Shown here in pieces: positions 25,699 through 38,240 of a stretch of 64,000 nt of DNA. Each line of letters opens with the position of its first letter. Position 1 is the first letter of the stretch. The stretch covers positions 71,555,289 to 71,619,288 of the forward strand of contig NC_068990.1 of the NCBI RefSeq assembly GCF_001194135.2, given 5' to 3'. Source of the DNA: Octopus bimaculoides (lineage: Eukaryota). The notes beneath the pieces were generated by a model. That model was given only the letters and a program-made list of their open reading frames with translations. It was not told where the DNA came from and made no database searches. The translations under genes and the position numbers were made by a program.

Positions 25699-28600
25699 GA
25701 CACCATTCTTCATCTTTGTATATAAAGATATTTTTTAGAAACAATTCTCTAATTTGTTTTTCTTATGTGTGGTATATAATTTACCTCACAAAACACCTAC
25801 AGAATAATTCTGTAATTTATTTTTTTTTACTTGTTTCAGTCATTGGACTGCAGCCATACTGGGGCACTGCTTTAAAAGATTTAGTTGATTGAATTGATCA
25901 CAGTACTTATTTTTACATCCGCTACTTATTCTCATGGTTTCTTTTTTGTCAAATCACTAAGTTACAAAGATATGAACAAACCAACACTGGCTGTCAAGTA
26001 GTTAGAGACAAATACAAACATGGTTGGACACACACACACACATCTTCACAGGCTTCATCTAACAGATTCACTCACAAGGCAATGGTCATCCCAGTTCTGT
26101 TGTAGAAATTTGCTCAAGATGCTGTGCCATGGGGCTGAACATGAAACTATGTCTGTAATAAGGTTTTCTTTACTTATAATTTCATCACCATCGGTTAACA
26201 TCTGTTTTCCATGTTGGATGGTTTGACAGGAGCTGCTCAGTCAGGGAGCTGTCCAGACTCCATTAGTCTGTTGTGACTTGGTTTCTACAGCTGAATGCCC
26301 TTCTTAATGCCAAGCACTTTACAGATTGTACTGGGTGCTTCTTATGTATCACCAGCAGTAGAATGTGGATGCAGGATGGCCAAATGGTTAAGAAGTTCTT
26401 TTCACAACCACAAGATCCTAGGTTCAATCCATCTGTGTGGTATTAATAAAGAAACTATTCAAGCATATCCCTTTGTTGAACTACATCATAAAACCAAAGT
26501 CTTCAATCTTCCCTCAAGAAGATAAATACTAAATAAGGTATAACACAGTAAAGGTGTGAAATGCTTGATTTAAAAAAAAAAGAAGTTATAAATAAAAAAA
26601 ATATGAAGCAGATATAAGATATTTGAAACTATCAATTTATTTTTCATAACAAAACATTTCATAAACAAAACATAATTAAAGAGAGAAAATATGAAAAGTT
26701 GAATAAGGAAAGAAAAAAGGAAAAAGAAAACAACAACAAACATGGCAATTAATACAAATGTTCAAATGTGAATCCATCGAGATCAAACTATGAAAATGAT
26801 ACTTTAATAAATGACAGATATACAGGGTTAACATTTAAAATTTGAATTAAAAAATAAAAAACCAAGTTGTAGTTTTGAACTAACATTAAATGCGTGTTGA
26901 TTGGAGTTCAGATTTTTAAAATTTTTTTATGGAAGTGAAGAAAATATTTAAAAATTTAACCAAATACAGAAGGACACAAGAAGTAAATTTTATATCAGAT
27001 TATATCTGATCAGTATGTTAATAAATGTATAAGAAATTAATTCTCTGGCTGAAAAATATTGAGTACATTTTATATTTTCTGTTAAAACCCATAAAAGCTG
27101 AGTGGATACAAGATTAAGGCACTGAAATATTAATCACAAAGTAATAAGCTTAAACTTTGCTATAAGCATTGTATTCTAAAATAAGGCAAAATATTTAACA
27201 TTATTTACCTATGTTTTCCAAATTGGAAAAAAAAAAAGGAAGTATTGTGGCTAAGTGGTTAGGAATAGATAAGGCATTGGATAGTAAAAACATCACCTTC
27301 AATTTATATGGAAACAAACAAAGAAGCTTCGCAATAATCACTCAATCTTTTTCATGTAGCAAAATCTCCCACAAAAAAATATCTTTTGTTGTCCTTAAAA
27401 ACACCCTGGTGAGAAGGGCATATATTATGAGTCCTAAATTTAAATGGAATATGTCTCACAATATAGATGGAATAATAGATCACCTGACTTTGTATTGTAA
27501 GCCTGTTCAAACAAAAATAATTAAAAGCAATAGCTTTAATATGGAAATTTTTTAATTTGTAAAACTATACCATTCATAAGAAAATTCAAAAGTGATTTTG
27601 TAAAACGTAAACTAAAATAATGTAGGTTTTGCATTTCATAAATAGACCAAAAGATTAGTTATTCAAATAATAATACTTGTTTAATGATAGGGTTTGCTGG
27701 AAACTGACTACAGTCTTCAGGTAATGTTCTCAAAGTAAAGAAAAAATTTGGCCATACGGTTGACAAATGGTACCCGATGACTTCCATGTCAAGTACATAG
27801 TATTTGTCATAGAAATTTCCTGGAAGATACGAAAGTAGTTTCTCGTCTTTTTTTTTTTTTAACTAGATGTCATCTTGTCAATTGTTGTTAGTTCTAAGAG
27901 TGAAAGAGAGAGAGAGAAGAAATGAATTGATCCTTATATTTTAACCAGTGCTTTATTTACCAACCCTAAAAAGATGACTAGCAAAGTTGACCTTGGCAGG
28001 ATTTGAACTCAAAGCACAAAGAGCCAGAATAAATATTGCTAAGTATCCCAGAAAACTTTGATGACTGCCAATTTGTCTCCTTATGTTCTCAAAGATTCTT
28101 CACTAACCACTAAGATTCTTCACTAATGTGACTAGCATTAAGATGAAACAGCTTATGAAAACAATAATTTTTTACATAAATAAAAGTTATGGTTAACATA
28201 ATTCCATATTCTAGGTATTTCTGTAATGTCATCAATAATTTATTTTAAGTTACATCTTAATCATTAAAAATGAAAAATAACAAGAATAATAATAATCCTT
28301 TTTACTATAGGCACAAGGCCTGAAATTTTGAGGGAAGGAACTAGTCAGTTACATTGACCCCAAAAGGATGAAAGCAAAGTCGACCTCAGTAGAATTTGAA
28401 CTCAGAACATAAAGATGGACAAAATGCTGCTAAGCGTTTTGTCTGGCATGCTAATGATTCTGCCTTAATAATAATAATTGCAAAAATTCACTATTGCACA
28501 TATTTCTATTGATGAATACTAATTAGCCAAAGGGCTCTGCCCCAAAATGATCACAATACATAGCTTCCACTATGCTTTAGATCTGATGAAAAACATTTTT

Positions 28601-30169
28601 TCTTTAATGCTAACTAACCTCATACTCTTTGATTTTTGCACAAAGAAATTTAACTGAATTCTTTTGTATCTTTTTATCACTAAGGTGTCAGAGATAAAGG
28701 ATATAGTTGACAAAAAAACAAACAAACAAAACAAAAACAAGAACTCTGTAAGACTGAATCAGTCCCAAGCCTGAGTATTCGTTCATATATATGATGACTG
28801 GAAATTAAAAACAAAAAAACAAAAAAAAAATCAAGAGAGCATCAGTATTTATTATAGACAACCAAGAATGCTTTATTTCTTGTAATTCCTCAATTCCACA
28901 CTAACATGCTATTTTGAGATAGTAGGGAGATACTTATGAACATACATTCCACAATTATCAATGTACCTATAACCCTGGTGACTTTTCATTATAACCATAA
29001 CACTTTCAGAGGTTACCTTAAAAACTCCTAGAGTAGTTCATACAACATAACTGAACAAAGCAAATCTCAGAGGAAATTAATAGATTCTGACAGGAATGCA
29101 GAAATGAATTGGAAGATCTAGACTTTGATCATGTTACAATAATAATAATTAATGATGATGATGATGATGATAATGGTTCTAATTTAGACACAAGGCCAGC
29201 AGCTTTAAAAGGAAGGGGCTGGTCAACTCATCAATCCTAGCACTTTATTTTATTGAGCCTGGAGGGGTAATAGACAAAGTCGACTTCGGTAAGTTTTAAA
29301 CTCAGAGCATAAAAAATACTGCAGGGCATTTCCCTCTGGCGCTCTAATGATTCTGCCAGCTTGCCCCTTTTGTAATAATAATGACAACAGTAACAATTAA
29401 TAACAAAGGCACAAAGCCACATTTACTGGCACTTTTATGTTATTGCTTCCAAAGTGATGGAAGGTGGAGTCAACCCTAAAGGAATTTTAAGTGTGAAGGG
29501 AAAGAAATGTAATTAAATTCTGCAAAACATTTAGTCTGGCACTCTACCATTGTCTTCCACCTAATAAAAAAATAGAGATTTTTCTGATATTGCCACAAGA
29601 TCAATAGGAGATAAGAGCGACCCTTGTACTTGGCTGGTATTTAATTTCATCAACACTCAGAAGGATGAAAGGTAAAGTTGACATAGGTGGGGTTTGAACT
29701 AAGAATGTATAGAGTTGGAACAAATATTGCAAGGCACTTTTTTTGTCAATGCTCTAATGATTCTGCCAATCTGTTTATGGAAGAGAAGGCTTTAGTTTAA
29801 TTAAACCAAGCCCTGTACTTGACTGGTACTTTATCTTATTGACACTGGAAAGGTGAAAAGCAAAGAGGAAAAAAAAAAAGATCAATTGTAACCATTTTGA
29901 GTCACAGATCCAACAGTATAAGGCACAAAGATATAACAAGCAGAACACAATGTAATAGCTCTTCCCTTCTGATCAACCTCATGTGATTTCATCATCTGTG
30001 TGACCACATTGCTTAACTCTGATGTGATCATTACAAAAAAAAAAAAAAACATTAATCCTACATGCCCTCTCTTCAACAATACTGTCCAACACGTGTTCTT
30101 ATATGCATGTGGGACATGGGCTACTACAAAGAGGGAGGAATATTGATTGGTTATGATATACAGAACCAT

Positions 30170-30420
30170 GGAAACATCCATGCAAAGAATATCATTGCAA
30201 GAGGATATCTGAAATGAGATAATTCAAGAAAAGATTGGAGTAAATGTTGTGATCACAGAATACCAAGAGCACAAGTTCTGTTGGGCTAGACAACAACTGG
30301 ACCTATGCAGTTGCCAGGTGGTATCTAAGAGATCAGGAGATGTCACTTGGAAGCCCTCCACAATGATAGGAAGACGATTCAGTTAAATGATTTGGGCCAA
30401 GATGGGAAAGAAGGCCACAA
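30170..30420 (+). mobile_element. RTE-clade LINE 3' relic
   Basis: Degenerate 'DNNWTYAVARWYLRDQEMSLGSPP', like the RTE 'DNRWT..V..WYPR..KRPLGRPP'. Confidence 0.6.
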
Positions 30421-30494
30421 TCAAGAAAGAATTGGAAGTGCATTGTGACCAGTGGTGTGTAACAACATCCAATAGCCTGGTCAATACAGGTAAT

Positions 30495-30529
<35 letters not shown>

Positions 30530-32769
30530 NNNNNNNNNNNNNNNNNNNNNNNNNNNNNNNNNNNNNNNNNNNNNNNNNNNNNNNNNNNNNNNNNNNNNNN
30601 NNNNNNNNNNNNNNNNNNNNNNNNNNNNNNNNNNNNNNNNNNNNNNNNNNNNNNNNNNNNNNNNNNNNNNNNNNNNNNNNNNNNNNNNNNNNNNNNNNNN
30701 NNNNNNNNNNNNNNNNNNNNNNNNNNNNNNNNNNNNNNNNNNNNNNNNNNNNNNNNNNNNNNNNNNNNNNNNNNNNNNNNNNNNNNNNNNNNNNNNNNNN
30801 NNNNNNNNNNNNNNNNNNNNNNNNNNNNNNNNNNNNNNNNNNNNNNNNNNNNNNNNNNNNNNNNNNNATATATATAGATAGATAGATAGAGAGAGAGAGG
30901 GATTGATAGAAAATAAAAACTTGTGAGAGTATGCATGGGCAAGAGCTATTCCAGACTAACCAATATATTTTGTGTACTAAATCTTGAATTGTATGTATGT
31001 CTATCACTGAACTACTCCAGACGTCACAGGAACTACTCAACAAGAACAAGAACAACAACACCAATAATAACGATTTAGTCCCTTTCCATCAACTAAGGGT
31101 GAAACAAAGAAATAATAGTAATAATAAAAATACACACAGACATCTAAATCATTGCCCTTAAATCCTGTGTTCACAATAATACTAAATACAAGTTAAAAAA
31201 ACAAAAAAAGCCTCCTACTACAAACTATCTCAACTGTTCAGAATAAATAAACAAAAAAAATATAACAATTGTAAGGAAATGGAATTTTTTTCCTTTTTAT
31301 TCTTCATTAAGGCACTTTTTGATGCTACACTGCAGTAAATTCTAATCCACTGTTTGAGAAGACATTTTAAAAATGTAGCAATCATCTTTCATTAATGGTT
31401 CGTAGGTTTGTTTCCAGCTCAAAAGCTGAGCAACCACAATGAACAAAATGCTGTCAGTCCACCTACTGAAGGATCAATGGGGTTTTATTTGTTTATTTAC
31501 TTATTTAAAAATTTTCATATCCCATTACTAACACTGGACTGAGTTTATGACCAAGGCACTTAAAATTATCTCAGTCCATTAAGATGTAAGTAGACAACAT
31601 TAGGAGTGCATTGTCCATGGTGATGACCTTTCCGTTTCCTTTACAGAACCTCTAAGGTTGGTGAGAACAAAGAGGGAGAAGACATTGATATCGTCAGACT
31701 AGAGACCTCTTCTGAATGCTTGCTTGGGAGTGGACACCTGCCAGGTACTCAAGGGCCATTTGATAATGTTAGATTAAGTCTATCACTCAATAACATGTAC
31801 AGTTACCTGATAGGTTTCTGTGTACCAAGTTTCATTCATAAGGCATGCATGGATACCATGATTAAATATAAATACCATGTGAATGTTTCTTGAACTCCAA
31901 GGAGCATTTAAGAGTAGATGAGTGATAAAACTCCCCTTGAATAGCATGTGACCAGAGGTGTACATTCTGAAATGGTCTAGCTACCACATGTTCCCCAACA
32001 AACAAATAATCTGAAACAATGTAGAATTAAGTGCACTGCTCAAATATATAACGTACATAAAGTGGATTTGATTGCACTACTAGTGAACCATCAATACAAA
32101 CTGTATCTGGCTAGTGACTTTGCTTCTGTATGTATTGAAAGGTTATGGTGGTGAATTCATATTCTGGGTATGTATAAAAGTCATGATAGAGGCACTCATA
32201 TGAATGAATTTCAACTTATGTGCCTAAAATCCAATGTAAGATAGCACCAACATTATAATGATAGCGATAAATGCGAATACATTTCCATGAAATATAAATT
32301 TAAATGGAAACTTTTTGGTAACACACACACACACATATATATATATATAAAGTAAACCAATAATTGAGAACAACAATATCATATTGTATTTAAAATCTGT
32401 CACAGTAATTAAAAATTTACAAAGGACATAAAAATTCTACAAGAGTTTGTACCCTATGTAGGTCTAGTAAAATACATTCTCAACTATTTCAAATGAGATG
32501 AAACAAATCTAAGACATGGAAAAAAAAATCATAAGGCAAAAATGAATTATTTTGACTAGTTGCAAGGGCTTTTTATAATAATAAAAAAAAAAACAGAGTG
32601 TTGTCAATGAATTAACGCTCCATATATTATTGGCACATATTTTATATCTACTGTTAGAGAAATGAAAGGTAAAACTGTCCTAGTCATGACCTGAACAGAG
32701 AATAGCATGACAAAACTTTTGCAGTTATGAAATACACAGTACAAGTTCTCTACCCCTTGACTAACATTG

Positions 32770-32805
<36 letters not shown>

Positions 32806-33790
32806 TACTAAATAATGATATTAATGAACTGATATTGAAAGGATTTTACTTTATGGCGTTTTATAATTGAAATTTTACCAATCTCATTATTTATTGAAAA
32901 AAAAAAAAAAAGAGAATTTGGGAAATTCTAATGCAGAATTTCAAATTGAAGTAAAAGAAAAGGATACATTGCTAAAATACAAATAGAATTTAAAAAAGAA
33001 AAAGTAAAAATAAAAACCCATAACCAAAATGTTACACATTGATGTGATCTGTGAGAAGATAGATTCATCAGTATGTTTGCTTTAAGTGAAATCGAATTGC
33101 AAAGAAATGTGAACAAGAAGCTGTTAACCATTAGTGTTTTGGCTTATATACATATAACTGCCAACTGAAAATACTACATTTTAAATGTATTACACAGCTG
33201 ATTGCTTAAAAATATAATTCAAAAGCTTAAATTGAAACGAAATTTAATTAGGGACTTAGTTTATTAACAGCTGTGTGTGGCATAATAATCATTAGGATAT
33301 GAAAGGTCACAAAAAAAAACAAAACAATGAAGCTAAAAGTTAATAATAAGCTTGTACTATAAGTTAACACCAAATATTCATTCATGTAAAATTAGTCAGA
33401 TAGGAAAGAATAATTTTTTTTTTTGGGGGGGGGGATATTTTTCAAAACATGTAAAGGACAAAGAAAAAATATAATGAAAAAATAAAACTAAAAATCAAAT
33501 TCTTACTAACATTTTAGCAAGCAGTTAGAATTTTCCTTGAAAATGTTTTATATATTTACAGATGAAAGTTTGTTAAGATTACACTTAATAAAAATTTACA
33601 TAATTTAGAATCATTTTTAGAGATGGTGTTACATATTTGCCAATAACATAATATATAACTACTTCTAAACACTACATCTGGTATTCAGTACTATCAGTTC
33701 CCCTTCTTGTTCACATATATTTTCATGTTTTTTTCATTTTACATATATATATATTATCCAAAGTGTACAGTATTATATATCCATTATGGT

Positions 33791-33878
33791 TGATCTTACC
33801 AATTGGTTTCATGCTAAGGGTACGACAGAGTGTTAGGTGATAATCCGATTATATAACCTTATGCTCGTCAGAGGTAGC
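33791..33878 (-). ncRNA. Hammerhead ribozyme (HHR-3), left arm of the inverted pair
   Basis: Minus strand: GCTACCT-CTGACGA-GCATAAGG...CCCTTAGCAT-GAAAC-CAATTG-GTA-AGATCA. Confidence 0.8.
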
Positions 33879-33896
33879 AGATATGGAATGAAATTG

Positions 33897-33987
33897 GCTA
33901 CCTCTGATGAGCATAGGGTTATATAATCGAGTTATTACCTTAACACTCCGTTGTACCCCTAGCGCGAAACCAATTGGTAAGATCAGC
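33897..33987 (+). ncRNA. Hammerhead ribozyme (HHR-4), right arm of the inverted pair
   Basis: GCTACCT-CTGATGA-GCATAGGG...CCCCTAGCGC-GAAAC-CAATTG-GTA-AGATCAGC. Canonical G-C closure of stem II, palindromic ACCAATTGGT stem III, GUA triplet. Confidence 0.88.
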
Positions 33988-34082
33988 CATGTTGGATATA
34001 CAATACTGTACACTTCGGATAATATACCCACTCTACTGATAGTGCATCTTTTTCCTGACTTATGGACTTTTAGATGACTATG

Positions 34083-34116
<34 letters not shown>

Positions 34117-34124
34117 GCATATTA

Positions 34125-34692
34125 CAAATAAAAGGGTAAAGGATTATCAATTTATTAATTTATTAACAAATTAATAATTAATAATTTTTACCAAGCCCTT
34201 CAGTATGTAAACACCATTATCGGTGAAGAACTTATTTAAAAGTTTTTATACATTTATAAATATAATTAAAGGATCAGCAACAGTTGCTTCACCACATACC
34301 GAAGTTCAGAAATAGCAGCTAAAATGCTGAAGCTCCAACAGATAGCAATACTTGTAACTCACAAAGGCAAAACAAGAAGAAAAAATAACGAACTTAACCA
34401 GTCTTAGTTAATCATAGACGTGTTTCTGGCTTAGAAAGGTAAAAACTTTTCATTTCCTCATCAGTATGATATTCCAGTTGCAAATTCGACGATGCTGGCA
34501 ATTGTGCATGCACGACCGAGCGACATCGTGCATCAGCACAATATGAAACCATCTCCGAACCTACATAGGCCAGCCAGTTCTTATCCCTCCTCAAGAATTA
34601 CCATGTGCGTCACAAGCAATGCCGCAGAAAATCTGTGGTTTACTATCAAGGAGTGAAGCAACTGTTGCTGATCCCTTAATTATGTTTATATG
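34125..34692 (-). mobile_element. Non-autonomous Penelope-like/retrozyme-like element with internal inverted segment, HHR and 11-bp TSD
   Basis: TSD CATGCATATTA at 34114-34124 and 34693-34703; inverted repeat ~34255-34293 vs 34653-34690; hammerhead at 34411-34470. Confidence 0.7.
34411..34470 (-). ncRNA. Minimal type I hammerhead ribozyme (HHR-5)
   Basis: Minus strand: ATCATA-CTGATGA-[GG...CC-A]-GAAAC-AC-GTC-TATGAT. Perfect 6-bp stem I, GUC triplet. Confidence 0.8.
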
Positions 34693-36524
34693 CATGCATA
34701 TTATATATATCAGGTTTGTCTATGTCAGGTAAACAGAATTACATGTCTGGGCTGAAAGACTGAATGCATTCAACCTTATGGTTGACTTTATTCATTAAAA
34801 GATTTAGGTCCAGACGTGTAAACTTGTTTACCTTAAATATGACAAACATATCTAAGACTCTACATACTTCTAGCATAAGTGTGTACTAAGCACACTTTGG
34901 TATTCGTACCACAAAAATAAACACTTGACACATTTTTCTGTAAACCACAAGGAATCTGAAAGCCAGTGGCCGTGCACTAGAAATTATTTTTTGCATTAAA
35001 TATTCTGTAAAATGATTATATAAGCTCGCACACACAATCGCTCACACACCAAACATGCATACAAAAGGTATGGAATTCTGAGAGTTTTGAGAAAGGTAGC
35101 AGTCTAGAGAAGAATATCAACCAAAATGCCAACATTAACTACTGAAAGGCATACTTTTCGAGTTACAAACATGAGTGATAAACAAAGAATTAAATGTTAA
35201 AGGGGAATAACTCTTCCACCAAACTACCAATAATTGAAAGAATCTACTATATATATAGCACAAGAAGCTGTGCGTATTGACTATAGAAATAAAGAAATTA
35301 ACAACAATAGCATGATGTGGTTGTTTAGCCTCAAGTCAGCTCTTTCAGATAAGAACTTACGATCAAAAGCATTTCAGTTGAGAATTTCATATTTTTTTTA
35401 GGGTCATGCTTAAGACTACATAATCCAACATATTGTTTAACGTCCACTTTTCCTTGCTGACACGTGTTGGACGGTTTGACATGGAGCTGTCCAGACTCAA
35501 ACTGTCTGTTGTGGCATGGTTTCTGTGGCTGGATGCCCTTCCTAACTCCAACCACTTAACAGAGTGTGCTGGGTGCTTTTTACGTGCCACCGGCACAGGT
35601 GCTTTTTAAGTGGCACTGGCACCTGAAAGGACAAGCCTTCCTTATTTAAGATGGTAGGGATCATTTGGTTGCAACTTCTATGAAATTAAGGGACTACATA
35701 AAGGGCCTCTCATGAGATCCTTGGCACATATCATATCAGCAATATTGCACTGTTTTTTTGCAAGATCAGACGACTCTTAATGATCCAATGATCCAGTTAA
35801 CTTAGCTGATGATAGGTATCAGAAAGAAGTATAGTTTGAAATGCCTGTATGAAGTGATCATATTACGGTACTAAAAATACTACGAGTTCTGTATTTATGG
35901 ACTGAAATCCTCTTAGATCTTAAAAATCAACAGGGAAAATCCACTTCAATGTATGACATAACATTCCACCTCACAAAATCTTAGGCAGTTCCTCAACAAG
36001 TTGCAAGACATTTTTATTCAACTATTCATCGTATATTATCTAGACAATGTGTTTCATATACTCTTATATATAAATATATATAAATGTACACAAAAAGAGA
36101 AAGTGAGAAAGAGAGAGATACATATATACGTAAATATACATATACATATTTGCTTCCCGACCACGTTTCGGGTTCACTTCCATGGTGTGACACCTAGGGC
36201 AAGTGTCTTCAACAATAGACTCAGGCCAACCAAAGCCTTGTCAGTAGATCTGATAGACAGAGATTGAAAGAAGCTTGTCATATGTACATCTAGGTGTGTA
36301 TGTTTTTGTGTCTGTGTTTGTTCCCCGCCACTGCTTGACAACTTGTGTTTGTGTAATTATGTCCCAGTAACTTAGCTGTTCAGTGGAATAAGTACCAGGC
36401 TTTAAAAAAAAAAAAACTACTGGAGTCGATTCATTCAATTAAAAATTCATCAAGGCAGGGCTCTAGCATAGCTGCAGTCTAATGACTGAAACAAGTAAAA
36501 GATAAAAAATAAAATGTAGATATA

Positions 36525-36858
36525 TGGCTCAGTGGTGAGAGCATCGGGCTCAAAATCATGAGGTAATGAGTTTGATTTCCAGACCAGGCTGTGTGTTGTG
36601 TTCTTGAGCAAGTCAATTTATTTTCACATTGCTCCAGTTCACTCAGCTGTAGAAATAAGCTGTGATGTCACGGATGCCAAGCTGTATCAACCTTTGTCTT
36701 TCCCTTGGATAACATTGGAGGCATGGAGAGGGGAGGCTGGTATGCATGGGATGACTACTGGTCTTCCATAAACAACTTTACCCAGAATTGTGCCTCAGAG
36801 GGGAACTTTCTAGGTGCAATCCCATGGTCATTCATGACCAAAGGGGATCTTCACCTTT
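36525..36858 (+). mobile_element. tRNA-derived SINE with CORE-like body ('ttgagcaag...ttcacattgctccagttcactcagctg')
   Basis: Box A TGGCTCAGTGG, degenerate box B; minus-strand relatives at ~5300-5430 and ~22100-22345. Confidence 0.7.
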
Positions 36859-36990
36859 TATATGTGTGTGTGAAATCTTGAATGTCACTTTCAATTAAAT
36901 GTTGAAAAATATCTGTTTAATGGTTTAGCTCTGTGATACATCAAGCTGTTGAGTCCACCAACACACAAACAAGTTTAATTTTCATGAAGT

Positions 36991-37063
<73 letters not shown>

Positions 37064-38207
37064 ATCAAAGCATACAATATTATAGATCCGTTTCAACCAA
37101 TATCACCAATCCGTTTGGTACTGAGTATTAAATAACTGGATATCAGCTAATAATACAGAGTTAAGAAACATCCACATGGTGCTCAGAAATGGCAGGTATG
37201 GAAAAAATATATGGCTAAACTTGAACTAATAAAATATGTATGTGTGTGTGTGAATGACATATCATGTACACACACACACACACATACTTAAGTTGCACTT
37301 CATTAATGGTCATACTACATTCTAGAAAATGTAATCACTTAAAAGCTGAACCACTGATTATGAAAAATAAATTGATATCTAATTAAGCAAAGAAATAGAA
37401 AATATTTCTACACACAAATATCTGTAAATGGAAAAATATTAATAATAATCCCCCAAAAGAACAAGTAAAAACAAAGAAATGTTTCTTAAATATAATGATT
37501 AACAAAAACGAAGATTTTAAACATTTAGAATTAATGAATAAAGATGGGTAGAAGACATATCTGAAAATTTTTCAATGTTGTACTGGGTTGAATGGATGTA
37601 TAAAAAGATGATTTTAAAACAGTCACCACAAAGACCATATCTGATATTTGGCAGTTGACATTTTCCTGTAAAGCTGGATACATGTACGAAGCATTTTTTT
37701 CATTTACATAACACATCCATAAATAAAAAAATGAAGTATAATGAACCACAGGATTTTAAGTTCCATTCTCTTAGGAATATTTTGTACTAGATTTTTTNNN
37801 NNNNNNNNNNNNNNNNNNNNNNNNNNNNNNNNNNNNNNNNNNNNNNNNNNNNNNNNNNNNNNNNNNNNNNNNNNNNNNNNNNNNNNNNNNNNNNNNNNNN
37901 NNNNNNNNNNNNNNNNNNNNNNNNNNNNNNNNNNNNNNNNNNNNNNNNNNNNNNNNNNNNNNNNNNNNNNNNNNNNNNNNNNNNNNNNNNNNNNNNNNNN
38001 NNNNNNNNNNNNNNNNNNNNNNNNNNNNNNNNNNNNNNNNNNNNNNNNNNNNNNNNNNNNNNNNNNNNNNNNNNNNNNNNNNNNNNNNNNNNNNNNNNNN
38101 NNNNNNNNNNNNNNNNNNNNNNNNNNNNNNNNNNNNNNNNNNNNNNNNNNNNNNNNNNNNNNNNNNNNNNNNNNNNNNNNNNNNNNNNNNNNNNNNNNNN
38201 NNNNNNN

Positions 38208-38240
<33 letters not shown>

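Larger units (their letters stand above)
33751..34024. repeat. Long inverted repeat (~128-bp arms, 18-nt spacer)
   Basis: 33751-33878 is the reverse complement of 33897-34024, with about 15 substitutions (nearly all transitions) and one indel. Confidence 0.95.

Noticed and set aside
34185-34230. HHR-like relic CCGATAA...CTGAAG (and CCGATAA...CTGAAC at ~43240-43280) in the fold-back family
   Set aside because: Several core positions are wrong and there is no NUH triplet in register; at most a dead ancestor.
34412-34594. 60-aa ORF as a candidate TBCEL last exon
   Set aside because: No Ubl similarity; it lies inside the TSD-flanked hammerhead element.
35800-35845. Candidate TBCEL exon 'KHFKLYFFLIPIIS*' in the correct phase
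   Set aside because: Stops after 13 codons with no donor; probably chance, and it overlaps a LINE-like relic on the other strand.
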